Made by a program: the position numbers and the translations under genes. A stretch of DNA of 64,000 bases from the human T2T-CHM13v2.0 reference genome, Homo sapiens, in assembly GCF_009914755.1 (NCBI RefSeq), contig NC_060942.1. One strand, given 5' to 3'. The notes under the pieces are model-generated. The model was given only the letters and a program-made list of their open reading frames with translations. It ran no database searches and was not told the origin of the DNA. Numbering within the stretch: position 1 is the first letter of the stretch; each line of letters starts with the position of its first letter. Of this stretch, positions 45,471 to 58,777 are shown piece after piece.

Positions 45471-48400
45471 GGATAAAGGAAGGAAACAGGTGAGTACCTT
45501 AGCAGTAACCAGTCATGCTGAGACCTATCATTGAGACAAGGGACTAATTTTCATTTTGGTAAAGAGTTAAATCAGTAGGGAGCTGGCGAATTTTCCAGGC
45601 ATTTTTCAGGAACGTAGAGGGGCCCAGGTACTGGGATGGGGTGTGTGCTGGAGTCAGGGATAAACAAAGGACACTTAGGTTCTCTTGGAAGCCCGTTTCC
45701 ATAAAAAAGAAAACGAGATTTATATTTCCACGCTGTGCAGCAAGTACTGTAATATAGATGCTCAGGGCAGTAGGTGCTGTGATGCTCAGGTCTAAGACGC
45801 CCCGAAAATGGTATCCCGAGCCTCGGAGGACTCCCCCAAACCGTGCCCCTCAGAGGTGGCCCGTGCTATGGTGAGGAGGCAGGTGCTGAGCTCCCCACCC
45901 CACTTGGAGTGATGAGCTACGCTGCTTCTTAGACACCCCTTGGTCCTAGCCTCCTTCTGACCAATGGCAAACATCTGTGAGACCGCAGTTGTGATTAGAG
46001 AGGCAGCCTGTGAGACTAACTGGCCCATACAGGGCTCAAACCCAGGGCTTGCTCTATCATCACTGGCTCCAGCCGAGCTAACAAGACACAGAAAACCAGC
46101 TGACAGCTGTATTCTACAGGACATGCTCAATGTGGGCTTTTTTTAAATTTTTTTTCCTTCTCTTGCTTTTCTTTTATTTCTGTGCGATTACCTGCTCCTC
46201 TGTGGTTTCTTTATTGATGTCCTGGTACTGACTTTTAGGCAATTGGAGGTTTGGGTCGAAGTCTTCTATTGGGATTATAAATATAATATCCATGAAGCTA
46301 CCTATGAAATACAGCTGGATACATATGCACGTCTAGATAAATATCATGGTCCCAAAGACAAGGACACCCCAAAGGCCGCACTGATTTATGACTGCTCTGC
46401 AATTTGAGTGGCATTCGATAGAAATCATAGGCAAGCACAAATGTTGAAGAAAGAAGATAATACATGCAGGTTTGTCATGCATTTTGTAATTACCTTTGTA
46501 TTCATCAAGGAGTCCTAGGAGCATGAGGGAGGAAGGAGGTGGTGGTGTTTTGGCCCCCGAAGAGTTTAAAACTATGGTGCCTTGCATTACAGGATCCTAT
46601 TAATAATTAAACTACCTGTCACTTACCAACAACATACATTCCAAATGAAATTTAAGCAAAAGGGAAAAAGAGATCATTTGGGACTGAATTAGTGGGCTTC
46701 AGAGAGAAATAAATAATAATCAAACATCTGTGTTCTAAATAGTACGTGCTTTATCAGACAAACAACTGTTACCGTCTCATTGTATAAAATTGCTTGGGGA
46801 AAACACGGTAACTGGCAAGCAAAGTCTCCATGAGGAAGCGGGGAGGTGAGAAAAAGTTCATTCATGAGTCAGAAAGTGATTGAAAGTTGCCGTGCTGTTC
46901 TATCAGCTTCTTTCTCAGCATCTTTGTTGGCAGACGAGAAGGTGTATTTACTTAAGTGCACAATCCAGTGGACAGTCCCACAGCCCCAGAAGATCTAAGT
47001 GGCCCAGTCCTGAGAAGGGCCCGGAATAAAAACACCCTGCCCAGATCCACAATTGTTGAGTTGCCTGGAAGCCAGTCAGTTCTGAAGGTTACAGAATAGA
47101 ATTTATTTATTTATTTATTTATTTATTTTTTGCAGGGAAAGGAGAGAGAAGAGACACAGAATTAATAAACAAATGAGCAAAGAGGGAGAAGTTAATACTC
47201 CTTCTACCCTGCAAAGGTTCAGTGGAGGCCGACGCCATGGCCCAGCAGGCACTGGAGAAGCAGCCACGGTAGACAGTGCTTACTAACTGGGTTTCATATT
47301 CATAAAGGGGGAGCACTTTGCGCTCTGTCTTATTGCACAGACATTTAACTCTCCGTCGGTCGGCTGCCTCTGAAATCACCGGAGTAAATAAAGAAATGAG
47401 CTATTCTTTTCCTATCTCGGTGGCTCTCTCCTCCCAAACGGCCTGAGTGTGTTTTCTGGTCTGTGCTGGGGAAAGCTCCTGGAAGGAAAAAAAGAAAAAT
47501 GCTGGTGAATAATTGGAAGCTCCTTGCAAACGCAGGCATGTGATCTCTGGGAGACAGGGAGGACCCCTCAGGGATGCCCAGCTCCTCATCCCCGCACTTT
47601 CTCAGCTGTCCCTGGCCTGCCTGGCTGGGAACGCCGGCCGCAGCATTCAGACACCTTTGGAGCAGGCGACTGTCTGTTTGTCTTCTCCTTAGGTAACCGT
47701 GTGAAAATATCCTATTCCAGCTGTAACACTTGTTTTACAAGAGCCCTGGTTTTGTCTGACACAATATGGAACAACATTTGTCATCCGTTATCAGGGGTGA
47801 TATATTTGTTAGCCTGCAGAGAAACATCTGCTGCGCGCTAATCTCCAGTGTGCAGGCCAATATTCATAGGATACAGCTGCATAAAATCACGGCATTACAC
47901 GAGGCTGTCCAGCCTGACATGAAGGCTCGCTGGCAGGCAGATAGAAACAGATTTTATTATCTCCCTTTTACATATTTATTTATGTCAAATATTTCTGAGA
48001 ATCCATACATTAGCTCTCCTTTTATGCATTGTTGTTCAGCGGTGACAAGCCATCGACATCCAAATGAGAAATTTATGTTACGTATTAAATATGGACATCT
48101 GAATGATTATCAAATCTATAGAAGCCAAGCCCGGCCAATCACCCCTAAATAATGGATGAGAAGTAGATGTGACTCAATTTGTTCAGTGCGGAACCTTGGC
48201 GACCCCGCCTCGTGCTTCATCTCCGCAGCCCTGTCATTATTTGCTTCTATTCATCTCACTTGGCATCACTCAATAAAATCTGCACATGATAAAGAGAATA
48301 ACCTTGGTCAAGAGTGAGAACAGAGAAAAAAGATCATTTCCTTCAGTCCCAGGTAGGGACCTCCTGGTGTCCGTTTGCCTTGGTGTGCACATCAATACAT

Positions 48401-49479
48401 CAGGATGATAGAAGGTTCCGGAGTTTGTATACAGAACGCAGAGAAGCATTCCGATGAGAACTCAGGACGACAGCTTCACCGTGCAGAGGGATGGCAGAGC
48501 GGGCTGCTCCACTCAGGGGTCTCATTTCTTTGATTGTTTGCTGAGTTTAAAATATACAAATACACATACATATATAGACGATGGCTATGCTATATATGTG
48601 TGTATTTATGATGGATGAATATTTATAGTTATAAACATAAATAAATATTACCTATATACACATATATAAAATTATATATTTGATCACATAATTATGTATA
48701 ATTGTATATTTATGTATAAACATATAAATGAAAATTAAGTATATAAATATATCATATATGTATATATACACACACACACACATTATGGTAAAGTTAGAGT
48801 AAAATAAACCAAATGCATTTGGTCACAGCTCTGTGTTTTAGAATTGTGGTCACCAAAGGATGCAACACGTATTCAACTGAATTCATGTTTTTTGAATGAC
48901 TACCTTAAATTATTCTTGATAACTCGGTGTGGATTTGGATCCTGAAAAGCTCCTGTGTCTTCCTGCTGCAACCCGCCCTCCTACAGCAAATTGTTTTGCG
49001 TCTATGCAAGTAACCACCGCAGGGCTTGCAGCTTTAGGCTATGTGCTTTTACTTACTAAGTGTAATAGATAGAGGAATACACAGCACAACCACTGGGGTT
49101 TCAGGAATTAGAGGCTGCTTTGTGGAAGAGACAGGGGGCTAAAATGGAACTTGAAGGGCGGGTTTTGGTAAGGAGGCAGGAGTCTACATCTCTGGGCTTG
49201 ACTCATCAGGTGAAGGTGGGGTAGAGCCAAGCACGTGCAGCGGCAGGAATGCATTCTCTAATGTTGAACAAATAAACTAGAAATACCCTTACATAACCGA
49301 GTAGGAAGTTTTTATTTCCCATGAGAATGCAGAAGAAATAGCTGAAGTTTCTTTAGCAGTGCATAATAATGCGATATTTTAAAATGTTAATGTAAATATG
49401 TACAGAATTTATCCTGTACATATTAAATTAGAGTAGTAAGCAGGATTTGCATTAAGCCAGAAATTAATAATAGAGTTGA

Positions 49480-49955
49480 TGCATTCATTTCCTGATGTTG
49501 GTGTAAAAACATACCACAAATTTAGTGGTTTATGACAACACACATTTATTATCTTACAGTTCTAGATCAGAGGTTCAAAGAGCTCTCCTCTGCTGAAAGC
49601 AGGGTGTCTGCAGCGTGGCTTCCTTCCGGTGCCCTGGGGGAGAATCCGTCCTGGAGTTTTCCAGCTTCCGTGGCCGCCCACACTCCTTGGCTCCTGGTCC
49701 CTCCTCCACCTCCAACGCCAGCAGGACCGGCCGGCCTCTCACACAGCATCTCCCTGACACTGGCTCTCCTGCCTTTCTCCCCCCATTGCAGGGCCCCCTT
49801 GATTACTTTGGAGCATCCAGGCCATCCTGGGAAACCTCCTTAGTGAAGCTCAGTTGATTGGCAACCTGGCTTCCCCCCACCTGTAACAGAACCACTCACA
49901 GCTTCCTGGGATTGGGACATGGACATCTCTGGGGACCAATATTGTGCCGACCACA
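49480..49955 (-). mobile_element. MLT1C/D-type MaLR solo LTR
   Basis: accacaaatttagtggttta...acacatttattatcttacagttct...cagttgattggcaacc...ggacatggacatctctgggg...gccgaccaca. Confidence 0.88.
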
Positions 49956-50149
49956 GAAAGAGAGAATAGAAAAGTAAAAAATAAAATCAAAATAGAATGC
50001 AAAGGAAAAATTATGTCTTCCTTGGAAGGGAGAACATCACACATTAATGAAGGAAAATGCAAAGATTCCAGTGTGCACAGCAGGGTAAACCATAGCAATG
50101 GGGGAAAAGAGGATGTCAGAGGTTAGAGCTGTGAGCCATTGATTCTCAC

Positions 50150-50330
50150 AATTACAATAACAGTAGCAGTTTTGAGTGCCTGGTCTGTGCCGGCCACCAT
50201 TTATGTAAATGACAGGTGCCATTTCATTTGATTTAATTTAATTCCTACAACTCTCTATTACAGATTAAAAGGAAAACACCAAGGCTAAAGCACAGCACCA
50301 AGGCCTATGGACTTGGAAATGATGAAGTGA
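50150..50330. mobile_element. MIR fragment
   Basis: ttgagtgcctggtctgtgcc...tttaattcctacaactct...tacagat...ggaaaacaccaaggct. Confidence 0.55.
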
Positions 50331-52439
50331 AGTCCACTCCGTCCTCTGATCTTTTTAAACTTCTATTGTCCTAAACTTCCTGGAATGTAGTCAGTAAACT
50401 GGATCTTATGACCTATGGCCCTTAACTTAATCTTCCTGGATAATGACCTGGAACACTGCCCGTTATTTTATCATAAGCATTCAACATATCCTTTCATGGA
50501 TGGTAACATTTTTGTAAGGCTTTAGATAAATTAATATTGCGTAGCAGTAAGATTTTAAAATCAGTTTATTTTCCCATCTTGAATATGCTCAGCAAGATCC
50601 CTCCCTCGGTTTCTGCCTCTCTCATCTTCCCAAGAGGTTCCTCTAGCACTTTCAATAAGAAAATATAAAGCTTTTATATCAGTGAAATATGCATTGCTTT
50701 AAATCTTGATGTTGTTCCACTTTGTTTTTTAATAGAGATGTTTAAATAAATATAAAGATCGGTGACTTAAGCTCACCGAATTATTGGCCTTTCTATATTT
50801 CTAAGAACATATTATACTTTTGCCAACCTTAAGATGGGAGAGAAAGGTGGACACTGACACCATTACTCTAAACATCTTATTATAGGTGAAAATCACAGGT
50901 ATTTCCAAAGGCATATAGGCCAAAACCTTGTGCCTGAGAAGTACCAGCGGTGCATTTTCCCTTGGGTGCAGACTTAGAATAACTGTAGGTCCTCAGAACA
51001 CGGAAGCCCAGGGCTTCCCAGGCTGAATCCTCCTGGGGCTCCATGGTAGAGTAGATTAGACCAGGAAGGACCTAGAGATCTGGAAACAGCTCCATAATCC
51101 CACCCTTGGAGGACTCTATGCCTCCCGACCCCCACTGTTTTATGAAGATGTTTGAGATGGCGGTGGTGACGCTGCAATGAGGCACACGCACCTCTCTGCA
51201 GGTGTCGAGGAAGGAATGTGAAAGCTCAGAGGTCAGGAGGACATACCATCTGCGTGGACCCAGGATGCAGCTGGTGCAAGTCACTAGGTGGGCCGCACTC
51301 CAGGCTGCTGGGGCTGAGGTTGTTCTGCTCGGGACACGTGCCAGACCTTAACCACACTGTGTGCACCATCATTCCCACGCACTGGGGCACAGGTCTGTGG
51401 GCCGTTGCTTCTGCTTTGTGGAATCACTCGTTCGGGTCAGGACCCCAGGGCAGGCTCAGGTTTTATTCGCATGAGCAGCTCCCACAAGTGCTTGGTAGCT
51501 GAGAGCGGCCTTGAGTTGGCCATTGCAGACGATGTTTCCGAGGCATGAGCCCGCTCACCTGCTCTCAGGAGGGGCCTCCTCACCTGGCGGGTGAGTCTCA
51601 GCTCATTTCAGTCATCCACGCTGTTGCAGTTCCCTCTGCAGAAGACAGTCTATGCTTTAGGGGAACTTGTCAATTTGAAAAATCTCAGTATGTATCACAC
51701 AAAATGTTGATTTATTATCTCCCCCCAAAATTACAGTGACTTCAGGTGGAATCCAGTTGAGATGCCCCCGTATGGATGTGGTCTTATTTCCTCCCCTGGA
51801 CTGAGGGCTTAAAGGCAGAAGTGTTCTCACCTTTGACAGCAGTGTGACATGGAATAGCACGTGACCTGAGGATTTACTATGTTTTTTTCATGCCCTTTGG
51901 AAAAGAATCCACACAGATATGGGGTGGTTGGATGAGAAATGTTTCATTAAATGAACAAAGGTGGGGTCTCTCATCCTCTTCCTTTCTCGGTTCTCTCTGG
52001 TTCTTTTTGGTGCAATAAGTCGTTTGTCTCTGAGTGCCCAGAAGTGAGAATAAGGCGTGAGTACAGCAGAAATGTGGGCTCCAGTAAAACCATAGAGAGC
52101 TTGTGGACAGATTTGTGTCAAGGACTCATATATTTATACTCCAGAAATGTCGAGAAAACCATTATTTTTAGGAAGAATAAATGAGTTGAGGAAAGCAGTA
52201 GAATTGAAGATGAGGAAAGGAAAAGAGGCGGTGTTAAAATTGCCACAATGGTGAAAGTAGGTAGCTTTTTAACCGCGGAATAACAGAAGCAAGCAAAGAG
52301 GGGGCTGGAAGGTCCAGAGACGTTCATTTAATCCTGAAAGGGGAGGACAGCGGGAAAGACAGAGGGTTTCAAACCGAAGTGGTCCCCAAGTTTGCAGTAA
52401 AATCTGCAGTGGGTGTGCAGCCTGTACTTTGGCAGTGAT

Positions 52440-52930
52440 TAAGCACACCCGTGGAGGCGTCCCGAGGGCGTGGACTCCAACGCCTACCTCTGCTGGGTCT
52501 GACGGACAGAACTGGTGCAGCGGGAAGAGGGGGGACGTTCTTACGTGACACTGGCAGGCGGTGGCCCTCGCCTGGGCTCTGCTCCAGTGGAAACACAACC
52601 TGCCTTCCATTGTCTGCGCCTCCAAAACACACCCCCCGCGCATCCGTGAAGCTGTGTGTTTCTGTGTTACTACAGGGGCCGGCTGTGGAAATCCCACGCT
52701 CCAGACCGCGTGCCGGGCAGGCCCAGCCCGGAGGCCCGTCCAGGAGCGCGGCTGCGGGGACCCGGCCGTCTGGAGCTGCCCGTGGCCCGGACGCTGCGGC
52801 TGCGCGATTGGCGCTGCGAGGCTGACGCTGGCGGTGAAGCGCCCGGGCCCGTCTGTGAATCCGGGACGGCGGCAGGTGCTTCACATCAGGAGGACGCGAG
52901 ACAAAGGCAGGGTGGGCGCGGGCTCGGGAA
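52440..52930. promoter_or_regulatory. CpG island, candidate promoter or enhancer
   Basis: About 48 CpGs counted in 490 bp of non-repeat GC-rich sequence. CCAAT box on the minus strand (attgg 52807-52811, context GCCAATCGC) and GC-box-like gggtgggcgcggg near 52910. Confidence 0.75.
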
Positions 52931-55600
52931 GAAAAGTCCTGTTTTGTCACAGGTTAAAATCAATTTTGATGATTGAAACCCTTGGAATGAAGAATTTGAC
53001 GTTCCCACATAGCTCGTGAAAAATACAGTGTTTCCATCATGAGAAATTGATGCAATCAGCTCTAAAATTCCGTAGAGACACTGACCATCTTGGAAAACGC
53101 TTTCACTCAAAGGACTCTTCAACCAATACAGAAAAAATAATAATAAAATAAAAATTAAAAAATAAAAACCCCAAACGCTACAACAGGATTCATCTAAGTT
53201 AAAATTTTCCTTTAATAAGTTCCAGTTTTGTTTTTGGCTTCCCACAGGAGAAAGGGATGTAGTCGGTGTTCTGTTTTTGTCATTATTTATAGACTGAGAG
53301 GATTTGGGGCACTGAGTTTTCTCTTCCTTCCATTATCTCACAGGGCTTAGCACACAGAGGCCGGAGCTGGCGGAGCTGATCTCAGGAGACGCTGGAAACG
53401 TTCGCATCGCCAGCAGCATGGGGGAAATCAAACTCAGTGGACCTTTGCAGTTCAAGTTATTATTTTGAAGGAAATAATGTGTGTTAAAAGAACTTGTAGG
53501 ATATTTTCTACTAATATCAGTTTGTCTGATAAAAGCTTCACAGGGAAGCTGCATCCCACTGAGAAGAAGGCTTCCGCACCACACTCAGAGCCCTTGGATT
53601 TAGGCTGTTAAGGATCCGATTTTTTTAATGAACATTTAATTAATATTAATGTTACGCTAACAAAACACATTGATTAAATAACTCCTGTAATTCATTAACT
53701 ATCTTGCTAGAAAGTGGCTAAATATACACACTGTGAAAAGCCCCTTGGAAGTTTCAAAAGTATATAATTGTCAATTGAGAAAACATGGTATGTTGGAAAT
53801 ATTTTCGTCAGCTCCTCAGGTTTGAGCCTGTAAAATGCTTCCAGCTCTTACTCATCAGAAAGATCAATTTCAATGCCAGACCAAATATCAATTCTATGTC
53901 TTTTTTTTTTTACCAGATATAATATACTATCTAATATGGATTAGGCAATCATATTAATGAATACATTCTACATAATAAAATTAGCAAACATACTATTTTA
54001 AATCTCTATGACAACAGACTACATAAAGAGAAGAGTGTGAGATATTTAGACAGGGTTCTCCTGCCTGCCTTTTGTTTCTATGTAAGAGTATCTTCTAATG
54101 TCTTTGGAGAGAGTTTACACAGCAACTGTAGTTGAATACATGGGCAATTATTTTCAAACAGCAGGAAACGTTTTAAGGCTGGTGCTTCTGCTCCATGAAG
54201 TACTTCTGGGTACCCCTGGTCCAGTGGTGGATGGGGGCCCCACCCCAGGACAGCACCGCACACTCCGCTACACTCAGGGTGAACGCTGGAAAGGTCTGTA
54301 ACTTCAACCACCCAACTATCAGGGTCCTCACAGGAGCGTCAGGATTGGACAAATTATTTGCCTTTGTTGCATTCATTTTTGTTTATAAAATACTAATTAC
54401 CTCTTTTGTTGTTTGAAGAGATTAAAAGTTAATAGGAGAAACTAAATAAACAGAATGCCATTCTGCACAAACTATATAAGCTGGTAATTAATTTCTGGCC
54501 TCCTCTGAGCTAATTAACTCATATAAAGAAATGAAGTTAATGAACCATAATTCTAGTCATACAAGTGTAGATACAAGCAGTTTGACTTAATGAATTAATA
54601 AGATATTTCCTTTCTTAGAGGTTTTTCAATTGTGTTCCTAATCTGAAGGCCCCTTTAATGCGCCTCTCTGGTTAAAATGTTTAATAAATGGCAGGGCAAC
54701 CTGGTGATGGTGTTGGTGTGTTGGCTCTGTCACGTGGCGAGAGCCAGAGCCGGAGCCCACGCCTCCGTGTTGCCTCCAGTCGCCACTGGTCTGTGCAGAG
54801 CCCAGTGTGACCCTCAGAGGGCACGTGACATGGAGGAGCTGCTTCCTCATGGGATCCGTCCCCGCTTCCCTTGGGAAACCGAGGCCACCTGAAGCACGTC
54901 CCTGTTCCTGGCCCACCCTGAGGTGCCAGCCGCACCTGTTCGCATGAGTCACGAAGGCTCCTCCCTCTGCTCGTGTCTCCTACATCTGCATCCTCACCTT
55001 TGAAAAGAGTCTCATCTGAAGTCTGGATCAATAAACTGCCAATAAACGGAAAACAGCCTTGCTTTTTGCCTTTTCCATGTTCAAGTCTTCTAATACAGGT
55101 GTTAAAATGGCATAAAGCATTTTTCTTCAATATTTTGGGACTGAACTGAAAATGGTATCTGGAGTGACACTGTGAAAGGGTTAAATTGTTTACTAAATAA
55201 AGGCACCATCCAGGGCATGGAAAGGTGCATCCTTTATTTAAAATAATTTTTAAAGGAAATTATCTATCTTAAACTCCATACTTTCATTCACTTGCTTCCT
55301 AGAACTTAAGTGTTTTCAGGATAAGTATTTGGGGCACGGGACTGGCACATGTTCCAGGCCACTCATTCTGCACAGTTTGAGGAATATGTTTACGGCGCAA
55401 TTTTGCACACTCTCATGTTGCCACACGTCCGGAGCTTGGGTTGAACGAGCACAGCAGCAAAGATGTGCTTTGTTTTACAGTGAGGTCTGTGCCATGCTTA
55501 CTGACTAACAAGGAAGCCTGGGCGTCCTACCCTTAGCTACAGATATTCGCAAGAGCTTGTGTTTGCCGTGGAAATGGGGGGAAAAAAGAAATTGAGAAGG

Positions 55601-56130
<530 letters not shown>

Positions 56131-56533
56131 GATGTAAGTAACCACCATCCTCTACTGCTTTCCTCTAGGCCAGTGGGCACCTCCGCCACCCAGGGCTGGC
56201 AGGGTTGGGTGGTCCTCTGTCTTCTAGGCATAGCCTGTGCCACTGCTCCGCCACCTGCCCCTGGGCAGAGCAGAGGGAGCCTCTTCAACAGGCTCTCCAT
56301 CCTGCCTCATCCATCCCTACAGCCTGGAATTCAATAATGATTGTGGGAACAAGAACAATGAAAGTGATGACAACAACAATGATGGCAAAACAAGGATGGC
56401 CGCAGTCCCTCAGATTCCCATGAGCACGTGTGCACCTGAGGTCACCGCCAGAGCAGGGGCACACTTCAGAGGGGAAGGTCCTCAGGCCCAGGCTCCTGGG
56501 GACGGCGTGTGTCCTGGCTCCACCCTCTGCTGG

Positions 56534-57092
56534 CGGTGAGACCATGCACACCGCAAAACCATGGACGTCACAAGACCACGCACACGGTGAGACAAGGCAA
56601 GAGCATAAACATAGAGAGACCACAGACGTGGCGAGACCACGGACATGGCGAGACCACGGACATGGCGAGACCACATGCAAGGCAAGACCACGGACATGGC
56701 AAGACCGCAGACACAGCGAGACTACGTACATGGCGAGACCACAGACACGGCGAGACAACAGACATAGTGAGACCACACACACGACGAGACCATGGACATG
56801 GTGAGGCCATGGACATGAGACCACAGAGGCAGTAGGGCACGAACATGCCACAGACAAGACCACCTACATGGGGACCCCACAGGCAAGGTGAGAACACTGA
56901 CACAGGAGATCATGGATGCAGGGAGATCACGGTTGCAGTGGGATCATGGACACAAGACAGTGGACACTGTGAGACAATGGGGCTGCCAGCATGGCAAGAC
57001 CACCACCACAGGGAGATCATGGACATGGTGAGGCCAGGGACATGGTGAGGCCAGGGACACGGTGAGGCCAGAGACATGGTGAGGCCAGTGAC
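56534..57092. repeat. Degenerate 17-bp minisatellite (consensus GGCGAGACCACGGACAT)
   Basis: Best-conserved copies at 56630-56760, with variant GGTGAGGCCAGGGACAT copies at 57026-57090. Confidence 0.9.
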
Positions 57093-58112
57093 ACATGTGT
57101 GAACCTCCCTAAGCTCCGTGTAAGCATCTCGGGCCGTGCAAGGAGACTGACGTGACAAAGCAGCCACGGCCAGAGGTGTGAGAAAGACAGGGGCCTAAGG
57201 ACATCGCATCCTCCCCAGTCTCCCCAGCCTTCTCTGCCTGCTCCGCCTGCTTGGGACCTGACTTCCATCACAGCTGCAAATTGGGTTTGACGAGTTCAGT
57301 GTTTCTCGTTGGCCACAGAGAGTCTTCTAACCCAGGACTTAGTGCAGGCCCTTCTCAGCCTGGCTAGGGATGGAGCCCTAAGCCCTGCATGAGTTACTCT
57401 GTGGAATGCAGATGGAGAGTGGCTTCTGGGTGATGTTTAGGGCTGGGCCGCCATGTGCAGATGCCCAGTCGTTACCTGGCACAGGTGAGGATGCAGAATT
57501 GTTTCTCATGACTCAACTGATATTTTGTCCTCAGCAGGCACAGGGCGCTCCTGATGGGACATGAATCCACCCCTGGGGAATCACAAGAACCTGAGACCGG
57601 GGTGGGGACCAGCTCTGTGCCAGCTCCATTGTCAGTGACCACCCTTCAACAGCCTGCACTGAGCACCTTCTCTCCCACATTTGTCACTCCTTCAGGCTGA
57701 ACACTCTATCAGGGGCCGTCAATTAATTTCCAGTGATGCCACTTCTCCTCCGGGGTGAGTTTCAGGAATTCTCCAAAAGTGGGGGCCTCGCAGGCCGAGT
57801 GATGAGGTGCAGGTGGCCTTGCGCTGTGGGGGCCAGTGCCTCTCGAGGCCACCTGTGCACTGTGAAATCCGGAAGCTGGACACACCCAGGAGTCAGGGAG
57901 CCACTGGCCCTGCCAGGTGTCACGCTGAGATGCAGCTGTGCTGAGTGGGTCCTCTCCTTTAAGTTTGTGATGGAAAATATGGATCTTCAGGATGTAGAAC
58001 AGATTATACAGTTTTACGTTTTTCAAAATGGTAAATGCAAACTTTTATGGGCAAGGGCATATTTGTAATATTTGATTTCACAAAATTGTGTTTGAATAAG
58101 ACTGTCCACTGT

Positions 58113-58182
58113 GGGACATGTGACAGTGTGTCTGGCTTGGCCACATAGGGGACACATGACAGTGTGTCTGGCTTGGCCTCAC
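58113..58182. repeat. 36-bp tandem duplication
   Basis: tgacagtgtgtctggcttggcc at 58121 and 58157. Confidence 0.85.
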
Positions 58183-58777
58183 ACTCGCTGCGGGGACAAG
58201 CAGCCCGTTGCCTCCGTTTCCACATTTACAAAGTGGAGTCAGTTTAGTGTATGCCAGGGGTTACCAGGAAGAATGATTAATGTGTGCAAAGCAGTTGGGT
58301 GACGCCCAGCCTTCGTGAGGCTCAGCCGTCGCTCTGTTCTGTTTCAGAAATTCACACTCAAGAGCACACCTGCTGTGTGACAGTGTTTCTAAGTCTGCCC
58401 CATTTTCTCTATTTCTTGCCGCCAAATGATTTCAATTTACAGAGATCTAAATTATAAATATGGAGAAGGTGTTTTATCATCACTAAAACTGAAAGTGCAC
58501 GTGAAGTTTAAGAACCCCCGGAAGATTGGGAATTACCTCTGCAAACACCAAGCTCCCGCAGCAGCTGATCTGGGCTCTGCCTCGGACGTCAGAGGAGACT
58601 TGAGAATTTTTCTTACCTCTCCTCAGGAGACAGTTGCACAAGTACCCACATTTAAAGATATGTGTGCAAAACCTCACCATTGCGTGAGGAGAATAATTTA
58701 TATTGTAAGCCAAGCAAATATGATTTTTGAGGTCATAATGACTAAATACCAGTCGGAATAGTTATTATTGAAAAGTC

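Noticed and set aside
52269-53019. Overlapping 106-193 aa ORFs
   Set aside because: Stop-codon scarcity in a CpG island; open in many frames on both strands with no recognisable domain.
56285-56913. Cys/His/Arg-rich ORFs and a CRISPR-like appearance
   Set aside because: Products of the 17-bp tandem repeat; no spacers, and the context is eukaryotic.
57696-57754. 59-nt plus-strand exon-like segment (ttcag|...GGG|gtgagt)
   Set aside because: No supporting neighbouring exons or coding signal; a pseudo-exon is equally likely.
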